A stretch of DNA of 9,800 nt from Octopus sinensis (taxonomy: Eukaryota), in the NCBI RefSeq assembly GCF_006345805.1, contig NW_021827849.1, forward strand, positions 1-9,800, given 5' to 3'. Positions 7,050 through 9,800 of the stretch are shown in pieces; positions within the stretch are counted from its first letter, which is position 1; every line of letters begins with the position of its first letter. Position numbers and translations under genes: made by a program. The notes beneath the pieces were generated by a model. It saw nothing but the letters and a program-made list of their open reading frames with translations, made no database searches and was not told the DNA's origin.

Positions 7050-7928
7050 AACGAAACTTCAGAATGGAAAATAAAGCTTTTACGCAATAATTTATGACCT
7101 ATTAAAAATATTTTTCATATTTTATCGTAGCTCATTAATTTCAAAATCCTTTTATTATTATTAAAATGTTCTTCATATTTACCTTAAATTGGGTGTATAT
7201 ATCTCGGGGAAAATCTTATCTTTGGGGTATTTAAGAAATATTTTCTTACTCTTATTCCTCAATAATCTGGATTTGATTCAATATTTTTATTCGTATTTTA
7301 TTCCTGAAATTTAACTAAATTTAATGTGTCATATTTTTTTTTCAAACAAAACATTTAGTACAGTTTTTAAAAAGAATGAAATGGTGCTATACATAATTAC
7401 CTAAGACTGGATATTGTAAGTCTTTTGTAATAAGTAAATAAAAATAACAATTGCAGCTTGGAAGGTGTTTGTAAGCCATTTAAGAAACACACAAAAGCCG
7501 TTCGATTCACTTCAACATTTAAGTTTAATTTGTCAAAATATTTTCGTCTCTATAAGACCGCGACCTGTTCACTGACAATATGTATATTCTATCTTCATCT
7601 TCTTCATACCCAAATTTCAAATCCAAATTTTTAATCCCACCAAATATCATGAAGAAATGATTATCTCCCTTGTACTAACTGTCCGTTAGAGGGTTCCACT
7701 TAGGTTTCTTTCTCTAACATTTTACATAACTCCACCTACACAAGTTAATGTGTGAAAAAAATAGGAATTTTGAAAGAAGTCTCTATTAAACTAGGTTTTA
7801 AACATCGAATGGCTAAAGGGTTCACAAGAATGAAATATTAATCAAAGGAGGTGGGGTCCATAAATATTTTTTTAAATGGTTGAGAGCTCTTGTTCTACAC
7901 AATCTTCATCATTGCTTTTAAATATATA

Positions 7929-8520
7929 GGGCGCAGGCATGGCTTGTGTGGTAAGAACCTTGCTTCCCAACTACAAGGTTTCTAGTTCAAGTCCACTGCG
8001 TGGCACCTTGGAATTGGTAGACGGAAACTGAATGAATCTCGTCGCATGTGTGTGTGTGTGTGAGTGTCTTTGTTTCTGTGTTTGCCCTTCCACCATCAAC
8101 GCTTGTCAACCGATGTTGGTGTGCTTACGTCACCGTCACTTAGCGGTTCGGCAAAAGAAACCGATAGAATAAATACCAAGCATACAAAGAATAAGTCCCG
8201 GAGTTGATTTCTTCGACTGAACGTGGCGCTTTGGAATTGGTAGATGGAAACTGAAAGAATCCCATCGCATATGTTTGCGTGTGTGTGTGTCTTTGTTTCT
8301 GTGCTTGCCCTCCCACCATCAACGCTTGTCAACCGATGTTGGTGTGCTTACGTCACCGTTACTTAGCGGTTCGGCAAAAGAAACCGATAGAATAAATACC
8401 AAGCATACAAAGAATAAGTTCCGGGGTTGATTTCTTCGACTGAAAACCTTCTAAGGCAGTGCTCCAGAATGGCTACAGTCAAATGACTGAAACGCGTAAA
8501 AGAATAAAAGAATAAGAGAA
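7929..8520 (+). mobile_element. tRNA-derived SINE (same family as 183-657) with an internal deletion and a 223-bp tandem duplication
   Basis: Head GGGCGCAGGCATGGCTTGTGTGGTAAG...AGTTCAAGTCC; body repeated at 7999-8221 and 8222-8444; tail GGCAGTGCTCCAGAATGGCTACAGTCAAATGACTGAAAC followed by TAAAAGAA repeats. Confidence 0.92.
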
Positions 8521-9005
8521 TATGTGTTTTCATGCTTTACGAATACACACGCGAATACACACCATTTTTACCCTTAAAAATACACCCAATTCATCGTCAA
8601 GTAGACATTTTCATTATTAAACGAGATGATTTCTTTTCGAAATTATTTACACTTGGTAGTTTTATGCATCACTGGATTGATTCATTAGTCTTCTTACAAT
8701 TTCACATTCGCTATTTGTGAACTTATTGGGTAGATAGCTACATCAGCTAATCACAGAGTTTCTAATACTTTATCGTTGAGTTTTTTTCCCTTCCATTTTT
8801 TTTTTTTGTATCAAAACGCATTGACGAGTAAAGTCCTTTGCAATATTTCTGTTCTCTTACTTATTTCTATCATAAAAATGTAGCAAAATCGTTTTGTCGG
8901 CTGTCATCGATTTTCCTAATTTTATTGCTTCTTTTTATGGTTTTTCTAGTTGTGTTTTTTCTTTTATCCTTTAACGTAATTTTTTCCTATTGGTTATATT
9001 TGCAG

Positions 9006-9065
9006 TTAATTTGTATTAACTTTATAGATAGCAATGAAGCGGAGAACGACGAAGATATTGAGCAG
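9006..9065 (+). CDS. Candidate small internal coding exon ([LICINFI]DSNEAENDEDIEQ); 5' boundary uncertain (9006, 9028 or 9032)
   Basis: A purine-rich, acidic-coding island after ~200 nt of T-rich sequence. A TTAAC branch-like motif at 8971-8975 precedes TTTGCAG (9005); further AGs end at 9027 and 9031. The donor CAG|GTACCA follows 9065. Confidence 0.45.
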
Positions 9066-9098
9066 GTACCATTTTACTCAAGCGTTCCTGCTCGTTGC

Positions 9099-9103
9099 GT
9101 GTG

Positions 9104-9147
<44 letters not shown>

Positions 9148-9194
9148 TGTGTGTGTGTATGTATGTATATATGTATGTATGATATATGTATGTA

Positions 9195-9245
<51 letters not shown>

Positions 9246-9247
9246 TA

Positions 9248-9283
<36 letters not shown>
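9099..9283. repeat. Compound (TG)/(TATG)/(TA)n microsatellite
   Basis: Direct reading of the sequence. Confidence 0.95.
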
Positions 9284-9285
<2 letters not shown>

Positions 9286-9320
9286 CAAAGTGAAGTTGTA
9301 AGGAACCGTACGATTGGAAA

Positions 9321-9471
9321 TATATATGAAAAAAGGTTTGAAAATGCAATTTTAGAAGATTTTATTCACTTCACCGGTTTCACTTTTTAAAATCTTTTTC
9401 TAAAAAGGTGAAACCGGTCAAGTGAATAAACATCTTTTAAAATTGCATTTTCAAACTTTCTTTCATATATA
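9321..9471. repeat. ~150-bp near-perfect palindrome (fold-back/MITE-like element)
   Basis: The left arm TATATATGAAAAAAGGTTTGAAAATGCAATTTTAGAAGATTTTATTCACTTCACCGGTTTCACTTTTTA pairs with the reverse complement of 9401-9471; the loop is ~11 nt (9390-9400). Confidence 0.92.
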
Positions 9472-9800
9472 TATATATATATATTTCTATTAATTTCCAT
9501 TTCCCTTTGATATATATATTTGAAGAGTCAGAAACCAGTCCTGCATTATCCGATTCTAGGTTTTCCATTTATCAGATGTTCTTCCTAGAGGTAAGACAAA
9601 TTTTTTTCATGTTTGTTGCACACATGCGTCTTTGCTAGTATATACGCAGTGAAGCTATATAATAGCGTCGTATTGATTACGATTGCTATTTTCCAGTAAA
9701 TATCAGTGCCTCGTTGTACCATTTATTTACTTTTATATATATATATATATATAAATGGAACAAAACACAATAGAGTACAATAAAGCATTTGGACAGATAA

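Noticed and set aside
7380-7900. Possible additional old repeats in the AT-rich block (GGAGGTGGGGT shared between ~1149 and ~7847; GAGACC/GCGACCTGTTCACTGAC-like segment near 7555-7577)
   Set aside because: Probably decayed interspersed repeats, but I could not define boundaries, TIRs or TSDs from the sequence alone.
8838-9182. 114-aa hydrophobic ORF as a membrane protein
   Set aside because: The F/L/I-rich part is the translation of a T-rich tract and the tail is a TG microsatellite. Only the central acidic segment looks exon-like.

Overview
Eukaryotic, AT-rich, microsatellite-dense DNA. The SINE and repeat content looks like an Octopus (coleoid cephalopod) genome; this is recognition from memory, not a database result. 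Most of the window is intronic or intergenic and filled with transposable elements: tRNA-derived SINEs (two near-full copies of one family, a decayed copy, and one of a second family), a full-length but dead mariner with TIRs and TA target site, a hAT MITE with an 8-bp TSD nested in an older repeat, a pogo/Tigger-like MITE, a 5'-truncated CR1/L2-type LINE, and a ~150-bp palindromic element. The one unique-looking part is a probable + strand gene segment. It consists of a ~700-bp (TCAC)n array, a CACTAAC branch point, a ~120-nt AG-free pyrimidine tract, a 3' splice site at 5824, a long leader with upstream ORFs and clustered TGTCA motifs, an 88-codon ORF of unrecognised family (6376-6642), and a candidate small acidic exon ending at 9065. 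No rRNA, true tRNA, CRISPR or prokaryotic system is supported. Nearly all ORFs in the supplied track are translations of microsatellites or TE fragments. I found no clearly novel system; the best leads concern RNA processing around the 5825-6642 exon.
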